A DNA stretch of 63,184 nt, the filler included, from Globobulimina sp. (Eukaryota), in assembly GCA_003354225.1 (NCBI GenBank). It is 17 parts of 17 records of this genome, joined end to end, with 100 filler letters (N's around TTAATTAATTAA, not from the genome) between each part and the next. Parts side by side here need not be neighbours in the genome. Positions count along the whole stretch, not along the records: positions 44,681 to 48,302 come from PIVH01002384.1; positions 48,403 to 52,024 come from PIVH01002385.1; positions 52,125 to 55,744 come from PIVH01002386.1; positions 55,845 to 59,464 come from PIVH01002387.1; 13 more parts are not named here. The stretch is one strand, 5' to 3'. This document shows, piece by piece, positions 45,852-59,221 of the stretch (position 1 is its first letter; each line of letters begins with the position of its first letter). A program made the position numbers and the translations under genes. Under the pieces are notes generated by a model. It was not told the DNA's origin and did no database searches. It saw only the letters and a list, made by a program, of their open reading frames with translations.

Positions 45852-47714
45852 ATGCAGAAAATATTCGTAGGGATATGTAATACCAATGAAATTGTCAAAG
45901 AAATCGACAGAAATTCATCGGGTTGGCGAGATTTAATGAAATATCATCGTCATCATTGTAAAAAACAATATTTTGCATTATTCAGTGAGTGGGAACATCA
46001 TTTTAACATTGCTGAGAAATATCAATTAATTTATGACTTTCATGACAACGCTGCGTGGAAAATCGACATGAAAAACGATATTGAAACTGTTATACATTCA
46101 AAACAGTGGTTTATTTTATTTGATTTAAGAAATATTATTTTATTGCAAAATCAAACAATAAAGTCAATTGATGCTGGCTCTGTAATTAAAGATGATAATA
46201 AAATAATTGTATTAAAATATTTTGATATCCGCCAACAAAAAATATATATTTCACAAATTATTATGGTCGATGCCAATGTCACAGCACGGCGAATTTTAGA
46301 ATACATTGAACATCAATTTAAACAAACAAATAATTGGCATCATTCATTAAAATCAATTTTGAATGGAATGTTATATGATGGGAATCATGAAAAATTGGCC
46401 ATGTATGTAAATAGGACACTTGTCAATGATATTGATTGTAAAATGGGCGCAGTCCATTTAAAACAAGCTGTGGCATTTGTTACATTCCAATTAAATGCGC
46501 AACATTCATATTTTAATGATGATAAAATGAATGAAATGAAAAAAGAATATGAGACTAAACACCTATTGACATGGCATAATAATATACGTGGATTTGAAAC
46601 AGATAATGATAATATCATTGAATTAACCATTAATTATATTAATGGCGCACAAGTATTACGGACAAATATGGAAAGTTATTTACGTTCAAAAGCAACAATA
46701 CATATTAATAAAGATGCAATTTTGCACAATGCTGGAATGGAAATGAAAATATTTGTTAAAAAACATGTAAAATATGAGTCAATTAAAGTAAAAATCGCGC
46801 ACTATTTATTTGGTATTGTTCCAGCAACAAATATTGAAATATATGATGCAAATTCCTTTTCGAATGAATCAAATGATAAAACAATTATTTATTCAGAATC
46901 CATTCTATTTGATTTTGTTGGATATGATACATTTTTAGATCCCAGCAAGAAATTAATTGCTCGCATATTTACACCCAAACAATGTCCGTATCCTATCTAT
47001 CATACAAAGGACATACAAACAGCAATAACATTTAAATATGATTCAAAAAATGACAATAAAAAATTAAATATTAAACAAGATATTGTGAATAAAATATTTA
47101 ATGAAAGTATGATAAATCCGGTTTGCGGCAAACAATTTAATAAAATTATAAAACTACACAAATCGGGCCATATTATATATGTTATTCGAGTCGCTGATAA
47201 TTGGGGCCGTTGGTCAGTTTGTTATGGCATCAATCAAGAAATGGTGATACGGTCATATATTTCATATCGATTTATTGATATTTTTTTGCTCAATAATCAT
47301 AATTATCTTTTTTTGCTGAAAAAAAAAGAAAATAAATGTCTTTTATTAATTAAATTTGCAACAAAAAAAGCGAAAATTACGTCGAAATTAAAACCGTCAG
47401 ATTTAAAAGATTCAATGTTTGTGGGTCTCCCATTAATAATACCCATCGCAAGAAAACATTCATTGGCTGATATTATAAATAAATATATTTTGCAGTTTAA
47501 ACAATACATTGATTGTACCTATAAAATTGATAAAACAAATTTAAAAATTGCTGTTATTAAAAAAAATGTCAGGGATCAATACTTTCCATATGGAGAATTT
47601 ACAAATAATTATAATAATGAAAATTATATGATATTTTCATTTAAAAATATTGATCGAAATGATATGAAGCTTCAACAATTTACTGGCAAAATAATTCAAT
47701 CTTTATCCCTATGA
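45852..47714 (+). CDS. Hypothetical 620-aa protein with segments recalling USP7-type ubiquitin-like domains
   Basis: Long intronless ORF; IIVLKYFDIRQQKIYI and FVGLPLIIPI weakly resemble USP7 C-terminal UBL regions. Confidence 0.6.
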   Translation: MQKIFVGICNTNEIVKEIDRNSSGWRDLMKYHRHHCKKQYFALFSEWEHHFNIAEKYQLIYDFHDNAAWKIDMKNDIETVIHSKQWFILFDLRNIILLQNQTIKSIDAGSVIKDDNKIIVLKYFDIRQQKIYISQIIMVDANVTARRILEYIEHQFKQTNNWHHSLKSILNGMLYDGNHEKLAMYVNRTLVNDIDCKMGAVHLKQAVAFVTFQLNAQHSYFNDDKMNEMKKEYETKHLLTWHNNIRGFETDNDNIIELTINYINGAQVLRTNMESYLRSKATIHINKDAILHNAGMEMKIFVKKHVKYESIKVKIAHYLFGIVPATNIEIYDANSFSNESNDKTIIYSESILFDFVGYDTFLDPSKKLIARIFTPKQCPYPIYHTKDIQTAITFKYDSKNDNKKLNIKQDIVNKIFNESMINPVCGKQFNKIIKLHKSGHIIYVIRVADNWGRWSVCYGINQEMVIRSYISYRFIDIFLLNNHNYLFLLKKKENKCLLLIKFATKKAKITSKLKPSDLKDSMFVGLPLIIPIARKHSLADIINKYILQFKQYIDCTYKIDKTNLKIAVIKKNVRDQYFPYGEFTNNYNNENYMIFSFKNIDRNDMKLQQFTGKIIQSLSL

Positions 47715-48402
47715 TTTGTATGTTTGTGTGTTTATTCTTGTAAAATCTTGCGACGACATAAGCTTAGCTGTACGTATTGTAATTTTGCATTATCCATAAA
47801 TAGACTACCTAATCCGTGTAACTTTGTGTACACATCACGCAAAAATGCGGCAAAATGTCGCAACCTATAATGTATCAAGTTAAATCAAGTTAAACCTTAT
47901 CCTTATCATTGAAATCACTCAGACCTATAATTGTTTAATAAAACAATGTACCAGATTTTAAAGTATTGCATATTCCCATACAAATATTGAATACATTTGA
48001 AATTAAATGGTAAAGGGACAGTGATAGATACTAATATTGATATTATGGCGATATGAGATATTGACATTTGCAAAACAAAATCGATAATGAGAAGAGAGAC
48101 AATAAGAATGTTTTTTTTGCATTGCAAGATACAATAAATAACAATACACACTACATTCTATTATCCCTGACAAACTTTCTTGAGCCCACAGTAAACAAAC
48201 TCATCTCTTTTTTTTGTATCTTTTAAGCAATAATAATATAGCACATAGGCGCCCATCTCCATTTACAGGCGTATAATAAAAAAAAAAAGAATCAAACTGA
48301 ATNNNNNNNNNNNNNNNNNNNNNNNNNNNNNNNNNNNNNNNNNNNNTTAATTAATTAANNNNNNNNNNNNNNNNNNNNNNNNNNNNNNNNNNNNNNNNNN
48401 NN

Positions 48403-51400
48403 AAAAATGAGATAACTTGGAAGAAAAATAATAAAGTTTTACTCAGATACGTCATAAAAGGGTTCGGTACCGACCTCTCATTATGACCCGTCCAATAAAA
48501 GAAATAAATGGCGGCGAGGCCACCAAAAAAAACAAAAACAACTAACCATTCGTGCGATTCCTCGCATGCTGAACATACACCGGTTGCACTTAAGGTCTCT
48601 GAATAGCCCTCTTTGCAGGCACCGCATAGCACAACTTTTGGATCACGGTTTGGCGCACATAACGTAGCTGTATCATTAAACAAACAGCCTTCTGGAACAT
48701 TGCAGCAATATCCTGTACACAAACACACAAACATTTAATATATTCATCACCAATATACATATTTATATAACATATACCTGGCGGGCAAAGTGCAGTGTTT
48801 ACGTAAGAGCCCGGATCCTCAAAAACAGTGTCATCGTCTGTTTGCAATCTGCGTCGTGTCACATTACTGGTGACATTGCTATAATTACCGTCGAATGCAG
48901 ATTCGCCTTGTTTTGCGTACCAATTCTGATCCACTTTAATTTCATTGCCACCGTAACAAAATAATCCCTGTTCACATGTTCTACATTTATCTGTTTTCAA
49001 TGTATACTTATCACTGTCGCACAATTCGCACGAAAATAAATTCGGATCAATTTCATTTGGATGTTGATAGTATCCCGGATCGCATTCTTTCACTCGTAAC
49101 ACAATATTAATAGTCTCAGCCACACCGTTTTGATCCTCCAATACAATGGTACCGAGGGCATTTTTTTTACCAATACTTATTACTAACGGCACCAAATAAT
49201 ATTCGCCATTGGCAGAAGGTGTGCCTTCCGGTGTAATCACAGTGGCTTTATCTGCTATTACATATATATTATATTCCGTTGTATTCAACGGATTTTCAAA
49301 TGCATCCCATCCAAATACATAAAATGTGACGGAGGCACCTGGAATATCACCAACCTCTACATCCGGTATATAATCATCCACAATCGAGCAATCTTCACAC
49401 GTTTCATAATCTGGATTCCCTGTCGGCAAATTGGAATATTTTTTACATTCAGCTACGATCATCGAGGCACAGAAATTATTTAAGGTAGAACCAGCGGTCA
49501 CACATTCCTGCCCTTCGCATACCACACTAAATGGCGCGTCGCCTTCTAATATCTTATGATGTCCGTCCGTTACATATAAATACACCGACGGCCCTTCCCC
49601 TTCTTCCACTGAATTGTTGACAAAATTCACATCAAATACCTTGACACAACTTTGCCGCGATTCTGCAGCGGCATCCACACCACTTCCATGCAAGCGTACA
49701 AAGGCTCCGCCGCCATCATACTCAGCGGAATTTTGTAGCAAATTGGTATAATACATAGAGAGACATAAATCATACTGCGGGAAGGTTGTAGACTCCGTGG
49801 CTTTCATACCACCGCCATCATGCGATGCTGTACACTGTCGAACCTGCGTATTATGCAGAGTTAAAGCTGTATCTTTTAACCATATACAGCCTCCATCCCA
49901 GGCATAACCATGTGCTATATCAGAATTGCCGATGTATATATTTGTCCCATGCAGATAGATACCACCACCAAAACCATCCGATGGAGTGCCAAATGTTTGA
50001 TTAGTGTTATTACTCATTGTCAGATCAAATGTCCCTGCGGTTGTAGTAGTGTGCAGTGTCATATTTGTGATCGATATCGCATTTCGAAATATCAATCCAT
50101 CATTTTGCGACCACAGCAGTTCAGTCATTATGGAGCCACCTTTTGTATTTTGTGCAATGTTGTGGTACATTTGAATATTTGTCATTTGTAAGATACTCAT
50201 TTGAATGGAATCTGAAGAATATCCGGTTTGAGCCATTCCTCTGTAGATAGCGCCACCGCCTCCAACAGCATAATTCATATCAAATATTGTATTCGTTATG
50301 GAAATGGACACAAATTCATAGACATTCTCATCCGTTTCTATTGTAATCGCACCACCTTTCCCTTGACTGATGGCATTGTTTATAAAATACGAGTTTGTGA
50401 TGGTTACAAAGGGCGGTGTCCACTCAAATAATTGCTTAATCCGCAAATTATATTGCTTTCCAGATTGCGCTTTATTTGTATAGATCGCAATACAATATGT
50501 GCCACGCTGCTGTCTGCCTATATTTGTTCTAAAAACACCAAAATCTAATAAAGTCGAAGCACATCCGTTTCCTGTATCAGTTGGTGGTGTCGCAGTAGTG
50601 CTTGTCCATAACATCGAAGCGACGTCATCTGCCCGACTCCAGCCAGTAATCATTGTGTTCGAATCATCATTCAACTCCACACAAATGGAATTAAACGCAT
50701 TGAACACAGTATCCACAGTTACAAACGATACGTACTCTTTGCTAAAAACGCTACCGAGCTCATCTGGTGGGAAGCCACATAAATGTTGATAAACGTTAAT
50801 GAAATGATCAATGGGAAGATCTGGGAATGAGACACCCATCGATAATCGGGTTGCATTGTTACGATCAAATGCAAATATTACAAATTCATCAGTTATATCC
50901 TCTTCGCTTTCGCCAATTGGAGCGGATGAGGGCGAAACAGTTGGCGCATTTGTTGGCGCAGCGGTTGGCGCATTCGTATCACATAAAAAAGCGATACTTA
51001 GTTGGCCATCGTAGTCAGATGCGACTTGGGTTAAGCTGACCGCATCAGATAAGGTTACCAATTCAACTTGAGAATCAACCTCTGGGTTATTTGAAGAATC
51101 AACATTGATAAGTAAACGTTGATTGTCACCCGATAACTTAATACTGCTAGGTTGCTTGCCTTGGGTAAGAACAGTTGATGAAACTGCTTGTTGATCATTA
51201 TAAATATCTAAGAAAAAATCAAAAGAAATAGTGGGATCAATTCTTAAATAATTTGGTTGACTAGCATTATTTTTTTCTAAAAATAATGTTACAACATTTT
51301 CATTTGCCTCTAACAAACCATTATCACTAAAAGTTTCGCCATTAAAACTAAGCCACTCACTCGTTTCACTAATTGCATAAATATTTGCCTCGTCACTTGT

Positions 51401-52024
51401 TACAATAAAGTCATTAATGACCTTCCCTTCATCCAATAATTCAGGATGATATTCATGAGTAAGTGTCGTTGTAATTTGGTCATCACCAAAGTCATTTACT
51501 TGTGGGGTATAACGCTTGAAACTTGCAGTACTATTATCTAAAGCAAAAAGTGTATTGGCTTGTGAAGCAATATCAACTTCACTGGTAAAATAAGCGTTTG
51601 GACCATCCCAAAATTGTCGTATAAGATTTTCATCGGCAAACTCCAACGTTTGTGTTACAACAAAGTAGCGACCAAATAAACGCACGATGTCTGTTGGCTC
51701 AAATGAAATATCAAAGTCGAGAATTTCAATAAAAGTATTATCGATAAGATTAATTTTATATCGATGAGGCACTTCAGTTGCTGTTTTTACTGCTTTAGCT
51801 AATAAATAATCACCGCTGGGGTGTATTAGCAACTGTTCTAAAACGGTATTTTCAGGCGAAACCACTAAGGTTGATTCAACCTCACCCGTATATTGATGAT
51901 AAGTAATCAGTTGATTTCCTACTCCAACATAAAACACAGGCTTTAAAGGTGAAACGACCATTTCTTTGTTATTAATTTCTAATGGGGTAAGTACTTTGTT
52001 TTCAACAACTAAGTCAGTGTTATA
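48403..52024 (-). CDS. Large surface protein: bacterial-like beta-propeller region, PT linker, GGA/GGG beta-helix repeats, Cys-rich region, TM; truncated at both ends
   Basis: NNAISQGKGGAI, NYAVGGGGAI, GFGGGIY, DGGCI, DGGGM repeats; CDPGYY...CELC...CYGGN; GTATAT..TACAG intron near 48716..48777 into GYCC...VLCGACKEGYS and a TM helix. Confidence 0.75.
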
Positions 52025-52527
52025 NNNNNNNNNNNNNNNNNNNNNNNNNNNNNNNNNNNNNNNNNNNNTTAATTAATTAANNNNNNNNNNNNNNNNNNNN
52101 NNNNNNNNNNNNNNNNNNNNNNNNTTCTGTTTCATTGAATATTGACTGGATTGTACCTGCCCCAGCTTTGCTGCTTGTGCTTGCTGTGCAGAATTTGAAT
52201 TTGAATTTGTTGCTGTATTTAACGCAGCGGTTAAGTTTCCATGGCATTGTGAAAATGCTCTGCAACATTTTCAAAAAGAGTCACCAATTCCAGAAAAGTC
52301 AACGTAATTTAACAACTCAACTTTGTCAGTTTTAAATTATTCCAACCATAAAGATTTTTGAAAAAACTAGAACCTACTTCGACTTGACAATTCACAAACA
52401 ATCACTTTGCAATTCTAGTCCTCACTTTGCGAATTGATCTGGTTTGCAATCAATACCACTGAGAAACCCAAACCAAACCAAAACAAAAACAAAACAAAAG
52501 CTAAACAATCCATTATAGAATCCAAGA

Positions 52528-55500
52528 ATGTCAGCCGTTGGTCAAGACCAATATTTACCCGACGATATGAACGAAACAGTTACTACATATATACATACAA
52601 AAAAAATGTGCTTTACTCACCCCAAATGTGCTTTGTCTGTGCTATGCCAGATGGGCTTTGGCCAATCACCCGGAGGTGACGCCGACAGCAATCAAATGAA
52701 TGGCTACCAATCGCAACAAAAGCCCACCTCCGGCGGCGTGGTCATGTCTGACAGCACCGAGTTGAACGAGACTCAGAAGTTGCAATTAGCAGAGCGGGCC
52801 AATGAAATCTATCGCCAGCAATTGAAATACATGCAAGACCATTTGGCCTCTCTTCGTTCGCTGATCCAGGACAAGGAGAACATTATAGAGAACTTGATGT
52901 TGCGCTACGACTTAGGAATCATTACGCAAGACTCGAAGCGGCAAGGCGGCAACTTGGGGCCCGACGAGATCGAGATGGAAGAGTTGCGGCGGAAGGCCGA
53001 GGCCCTCGCTCAGCGCACCATTTTGGAGAACTTCGAGTTGCGAGAGATGGTCAACGAATTAAGGGACGAGAACTTCCATCTTCGCAACGAAATCTATGAG
53101 CTTGTATGTCAACAGCCGCAACCACACAAACATACCTATATCGCATGCCGTGTCTGCGCAAAATCGCATATATGTGTTGACTGTGTATATATAGCAAGAC
53201 AAGATTAACCGGCAAGTGCTACAAATCAATAAGTTGGAGAAAGCGGCGCAAGCCAACGTGCTGAGCAATAGCATGATGAATCAGATGGGCGGCGGGATGG
53301 ACGCAGACATGAATGCGTATGACGATGATAATGACGACGATAACGACATTTATGGCGATGTGGAGGAGGATGAGAATATGGACGATGAGTATGAGGAGGC
53401 GCCGCAATCCAATGTTTAGTGATCTATATCTTTGCTGTGTGTTGTGTGTATAATGCGGTTGTATACATATAACAGACTCATGATCGCGGTCAGTCCATAA
53501 CGGGCGCGGACTGGCTCAACAATGACGCCTCAGTGAGTTTGTTGTGTTTGTTTGCGTACTGTTGTTAGCATAGCGCCATTGTGTGTAATGTATATAGGAC
53601 GAAATACGCGGCCACGGCCGACGCGAGTCGCGCACTGTGGACCACCCCGCCAATTCTGAGGAAGTTGAGTGCTTTTCATGTGCAGTGCCTTACTGTGCGA
53701 TTATGCGTGTGTTTGATCTGTGTATAGGCCGTAGCAAAACGTGTGGAGCGTCAGGCCAAGCATCAACGCAAAGAGTCTGCCAAACCGCCAGACTTATTTG
53801 GAGACCCTGAGGACGAGGACGATTCTGACGACTTTATGGACGATGCGGCAAAGGCAAAGCGCGCAGACAGGGCCAATAAGGCCAGGAAGGAAAGCATAGC
53901 CACGCCGGATATCTATGGCGATGCGCAGGGAGAGTCTGAGGAGGATGGGGGGAGTGAGGAGAGCGAGGAGGACGACGATAACAAAAGTTCGCCGCAAACG
54001 GGGACTAAGCGCAGAGGCTCGCAAATCTATATGAATGAGGAAGCGATGGCGAAGCGACAGGAACGCTCCGATAAAGGACATCGAAGAGATTCGTCGGTGG
54101 CTACGCCGGATATATGGCGCACTAATTATGATCCAGAAAAGGTATTTTTTGTGCATTGTTATTGTGTGCCGTTTGTACGCATTTTCGCAATGACAGGTTG
54201 CGAGGGATAAGGCGAAGAAATTCTCGCCGGAGGCGGAGGAAAAACGGAAGAGGAGAAAGGCCAAAAAAGTGGGCGCCGCCGCGGTGAAACACGTAAAATC
54301 GCACCGAAGGAAGGAGTCGTTGGCCGAGAAATTGTTGCTTGGCCCCATGGAGGTCGACGACATGGACCTTAAAAGCGCGGATGTATGTGCTTTGTGTGTC
54401 TGATGTGTGTGATATGTATGTATAATGAGATACAATTTGTGATACAAAGCCTGAGCAACGAAAAGAACTTCAGGCCAAAGCACGCAAAGAACAACGGAGG
54501 AAATCGCGGCAATTAATCAAATCGCAAGTTGGCGCAAAGGAGCATTTCTCTGACGACGACGTCGAATTTCAAGAGGACAAACCGCAGCGATCCGGGCTCA
54601 AAGCGAGGAAGAAGGTATTTTTTATACATTTGTGTGTGCGGTGTGTTTGTCGATCTGTATAATTTAAGTTAAAATTGTTTGTAATGAGATGAAGTCAGCA
54701 CAGCGACAGAACAAACAAGCGGAGAACGTGGAAGATTTCGATATGGACAAACAAATGGCGAGCTATCAGGCGTCGAGCAACAACAAAAAACGCGACTCCA
54801 TCAAAGCGGACCCGATCGTCACTGCCATGGACGACGATGGAAAGGTATTTCTTTGCCTTTGTATTGCATTTTGTTATGGTGGTTTCTGTGCAAATCGATA
54901 TTTATATCAATAAAAGTCACAAAAACAACGTATAGTATCTAATACAGACAGACCCCATTCCATTGAATAAAAAGTGTGCCCATATTGTCAATTATCGCTC
55001 GCATTATAACCCATTCCTTCTGACATTGTCTATATTGCTTTTATTCATTAAATATTATGCCAGGAACCTCCAACACTGACTTACAACCCTTAAACATGCA
55101 CATTTCTATTCAGTTGATCCACTTTCAAGGCAATACCTGGGCATTGACTGATGAGGATGCGGGGAGTGAAGATTCCGAACAAGTATGTCAGTGTTGGTTG
55201 TAATCGATTATCCATTCCACATCCCCTATATACGTAGTATGAGCACGTCCGCCTAAAATCTGTCCATGAGCGCAAAGCCACGCCCCATAACATTCTGACC
55301 CCCAACGGCGACGAGTCTAAGGAGGAGGCCAACGCATTCACGGAGGCTGCCACTCGGCTCTCTATGCACAACAACACCATGGAAAATGCCATCGAAAACA
55401 TCACGCCTTACAGCGAGCGCGACGACGTTGGCGTCGAGTTTCTAGACACCCAGACGCCGCCGGCTGCGGCCAGCCAGAAAAGAAGAGGCAAATCCAAGCA

Positions 55501-55744
55501 TAGAGTGCGAGTCAGCATCACCAATATGGACGAATTGCTGAACCAAGACTTGCAGCAAGAAGAGTATTTGGACGATTCTGACGATAATATCATCAAGAAA
55601 TTGCGGCAGAAATCCGTCAATGACGCGCACGATCGGCTGCAGATACAGCGAGACGACGGGCATAGTCGCGGCGTGTCGTGGGGCACCGTGACGCGCATTG
55701 CATTGGACTATGTCATCGAATCCGTGACGGCGCAAAACACCAAC
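52528..55744 (+). CDS. Multi-intron coiled-coil/acidic protein with repeated R(R/K)(E/D)S modules, 3'-truncated
   Basis: GC-richer exons separated by many short GT..AG introns rich in TG/TA; coiled coil ELRRKAEALAQRTILENFELREMVNEL. Confidence 0.7.
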
Positions 55745-55844
55745 NNNNNNNNNNNNNNNNNNNNNNNNNNNNNNNNNNNNNNNNNNNNTTAATTAATTAA
55801 NNNNNNNNNNNNNNNNNNNNNNNNNNNNNNNNNNNNNNNNNNNN

Positions 55845-57004
55845 TGGACAGTGTTGAAAGAAAAAGAAAAATATTATCACAAACTCAGATATTATTTGCT
55901 GAAAAGTTGGAATTAAATCTAGTAACAAATGATAAAATTGCTGTTTATTTTGTTGTTAATGATTTACAGAGTTTGTTATCACAAATTGGTATTATTACAG
56001 ATGGAAAAAATATTGCATTGCCCCCATTCGTTACCGTGACAAAAGTTACGTGTAATTCGGCAAAAATAACAATAAGAACAAATCCAAACAGTTTGTGATA
56101 TTTTTGATAACTTTTTTCAACATAAAAAAATTAATAATATAATTTTATATGCATTATATGCAATAAATAGAAATGTCACAAACTGTTTAAATTTTATCTA
56201 AAAGGCGATGGAAAAGAATGTGTTGGATATAAAATAGAATATGTTGAAAGTACTGATGATATAAAAGATGATGAAAAGTTGGATTGGAAATCTGTCAATG
56301 TACCGAGCAATAACAATGAATATAATATTAAATCATTACGGAGAAACACAACATATTCACTTCGCGCAAAATCACAAAATAAAAATGGATTTGGAATATA
56401 TTCAAAATGCATTTCATTTAAGACAGAAAAAGCAGATTTAAACGCTTTATTTGTAAACCAAATGATATTTGATCGCGAAGTATGTCCTCCGAAACTTCGA
56501 GTTATTAATGACTTTGAAGTGAGAGCCATTGCAAAAGATTGTCATCGTAACAGCATAAAATTAAAATGCGCGATGCCAACCAAAGCAAACAACGAATATA
56601 ACTTTTCATTTATTTCATGGACTATGAATATTAAAGCAAGTGCATGGGGGTCAAATTATCTTTTTTTAGTTGGTGTGGTATCGAATAGAACCATCAATTT
56701 TGCACAAGGGTTACATAGTGGATTAATTGATGGATATGGAATATCAGGACATAATACATATGTGTATCGTGGTGATGCAACTGACGTAGTTGATAACAGT
56801 TATAAAGTGCCTGCAAAAGATGTACCAATTACGATTGATTACGATATCACAAATGCAAAATTAATATTTTTTCAAGAACCTAAGAAGCGTCAATTTTATT
56901 CAATGTCATTGCCAAAAGATAATAATATTACCCATTGGTATCCGTGTGTTGTGTTGCGGTCTCTTAATGACAGTTGTATTGTCTCCAATGTGTCTGTGAG
57001 GTGA
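55845..57004 (+). CDS. Coiled-coil + FN3 + SPRY-like protein, 5'-truncated
   Basis: IKSLRRNTTYSLRAKSQNKNGFGIYS; FLVGVVSNR; HWYPCVVL. Confidence 0.8.
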
Positions 57005-57262
57005 TTTGAATGATCATCGCGTGGTACCATCAATTTTTGAACTAGTTGTGGGCATCGCCACGATGCTCAATGTACATGGCTGTAAATTCAAGGAACTTTG
57101 AGATTTTCCAAAAAAAATTTTTGTAACTAAAACATCTCTATATTGGATTGCATTTTATCTAGTTTAATTTTTTCTGCGATACACATAAAGTCAAAATCAT
57201 GATGAAAAAAAATCCAATGATCATTGCCAAAATAAACTCGATTTGAACAGCTAGTTCAAAAG

Positions 57263-57631
57263 TTGATGGTACCACGCGATGTTAACAATGGACAGATTGT
57301 TAACGTTGGAAATGGTCATAACCAAATTGGAAATAATATTAATGCTAATTTGTTGCGACAATTTGGTATCAATATTGGAAACAATGCAGTGGAAGGCCTA
57401 GGTGTAGCGAGTAATAATGAGGCGATACCGGAAACAGTTCCATTTTCGGAAATAGTGAATAATGCGGCCAGAGTAAGTGTGTTGAGATTGGACCCGGATG
57501 GGAATATGGTCACTGATAATGCAAATAATGCAAATAATATTCACTTAGCACAGTTGTTTGGGAATATAAATAATATTAACTTAGCACAATTGTTTGGGAA
57601 TAGAAAAAAGAAAAATAAACCAAAGCCATAA
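57263..57631 (+). CDS. Asn/Gly-rich hypothetical ORF or terminal exon
   Basis: Low-complexity ORF with duplicated NNI(H/N)LAQLFGN. Confidence 0.35.
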   Translation: MMVPRDVNNGQIVNVGNGHNQIGNNINANLLRQFGINIGNNAVEGLGVASNNEAIPETVPFSEIVNNAARVSVLRLDPDGNMVTDNANNANNIHLAQLFGNINNINLAQLFGNRKKKNKPKP

Positions 57632-57939
57632 ATTTGATATTATTCTGTTGCATTAATATTTTTTTACACGTCAACTAAAGTCATATTTACTGGCAACGAG
57701 AGCAAGATTACAAGTCCGAACAACCCCGCTGTGGGATTTGACATTGATTAAACTGTTACAGTTTCATTTTTCCACTGTTACATATTAGATATCATCTGAA
57801 AGACTGAGACCAATGGAAAAGTGAAAAAATGAAAGTGTGGCAGTTTAAAAGAATCCAATTATAATAATTAATTAATTAGTAAACTTATTTATAATATAAC
57901 ACGTACAATATAACTATAACTAATATTTTACATTATACT

Positions 57940-58970
57940 TTATGGCTTTTTTTGATATTTTTTGCCATCCTCAAACGATCCAAACCAAGAATCAAATGGA
58001 ACCATTGGTGATCCATAATTGCTATATATTCAATACTAGACATATTATAATTATACAATGAGTATTAAGACAGCAACATACCATTCAAAATGCGCATGAT
58101 GTAAATAATGAAAATACGAGGCACCGCCTGGTTTATCAAAGCCATCATGGTTTGGTAACGGCGATAAGATATTAAAAAATTTATTAAATAAAATATGAAT
58201 TGGATGCTGCCTAAAATAGAAAAATATGATAGGTAGGAATATGCCATTTAAATCTAACATAGCTTCGATTGGATGCATATTCAACGAGGACCATGGCCCC
58301 ATATTTACATCAATGTGATGATGTTTATGCACATATTTATAAATATAATGTCCTGGATCAAACACGGCAAAACCAAATAATTTCCAATTCCACGCATGTT
58401 GTATGATATATAGGGTATGATATATAACCAAAATATATGCCATATAAACTATGGACAATACAGTTTTTATCAGCACTCCAAAAGAAATATTTATATAATA
58501 TCCAGTTATTTGTTTTAATAATATAAATAACTGCAATTTCATTGCAAGACATTATAAAACATGTAACAAATGACCAAAATCTTGATTTCTTCCATTGTGA
58601 CTGTGGTGGATATTCTTTATTATATTTTAATGATTTTAATTTAGCGGACCACGGCGAATCATATAATATACAATGCCATAAATAATAAAAGAAGGCAACA
58701 ACACATACATCGCGACTACAAACAATAAGTGACCATTTTAACATAAAATGTGTACGTCAAATAGTCATCTTTTTTCATAAATTCATCATAAGACGGAAAT
58801 GAAGAAACCATTACCAAATATGCTACAATCCAATATGTGGATAATCTGAGATTTCTAGCAATTAATTCTGATATATAACCATAGGCAGTGCTTTGACTGC
58901 TTTCATTCTTGGTTTCCTGAAAATTAATAATATTTATAATGTTAAAAATTGGCCAAATGCTTGGTAGCAT
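57940..58970 (-). pseudogene. Sterol desaturase / fatty acid hydroxylase family, frameshifted
   Basis: YKYVHKHHH, GPWSSLNMHPIE, NHDGF, FHYLHHAHFE-C-NYGSPMVPFDSWFGSF. The N-terminal half is spread over three frames and the first His box is missing. Confidence 0.75.
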
Positions 58971-59221
58971 GTTGCTTTGTTCACAATTCCACGCTTAAGT
59001 TTTAATAAAACACTGTACACAATCGGCTTTCCGATATGTACTGAAAATGTCATGATAAGTAAAGTGATGATAAAATCATGATATTTTTCTATCATAAATT
59101 TGAAAAAAAGATCAAAAAAAAAGTATCATTCGCTTATGATGGCTTATCACAATTAACAATGTTAAATAATACGATACACTTTGCTTAAAATAGCTTTTCT
59201 ATTTATTGTATATATTCGTTT

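Noticed and set aside
44681-48302. CRESS-DNA virus or plasmid (small circle with divergent ORFs)
   Set aside because: No HUH Rep motifs, Walker A or capsid-like protein seen; both ORFs look cellular.
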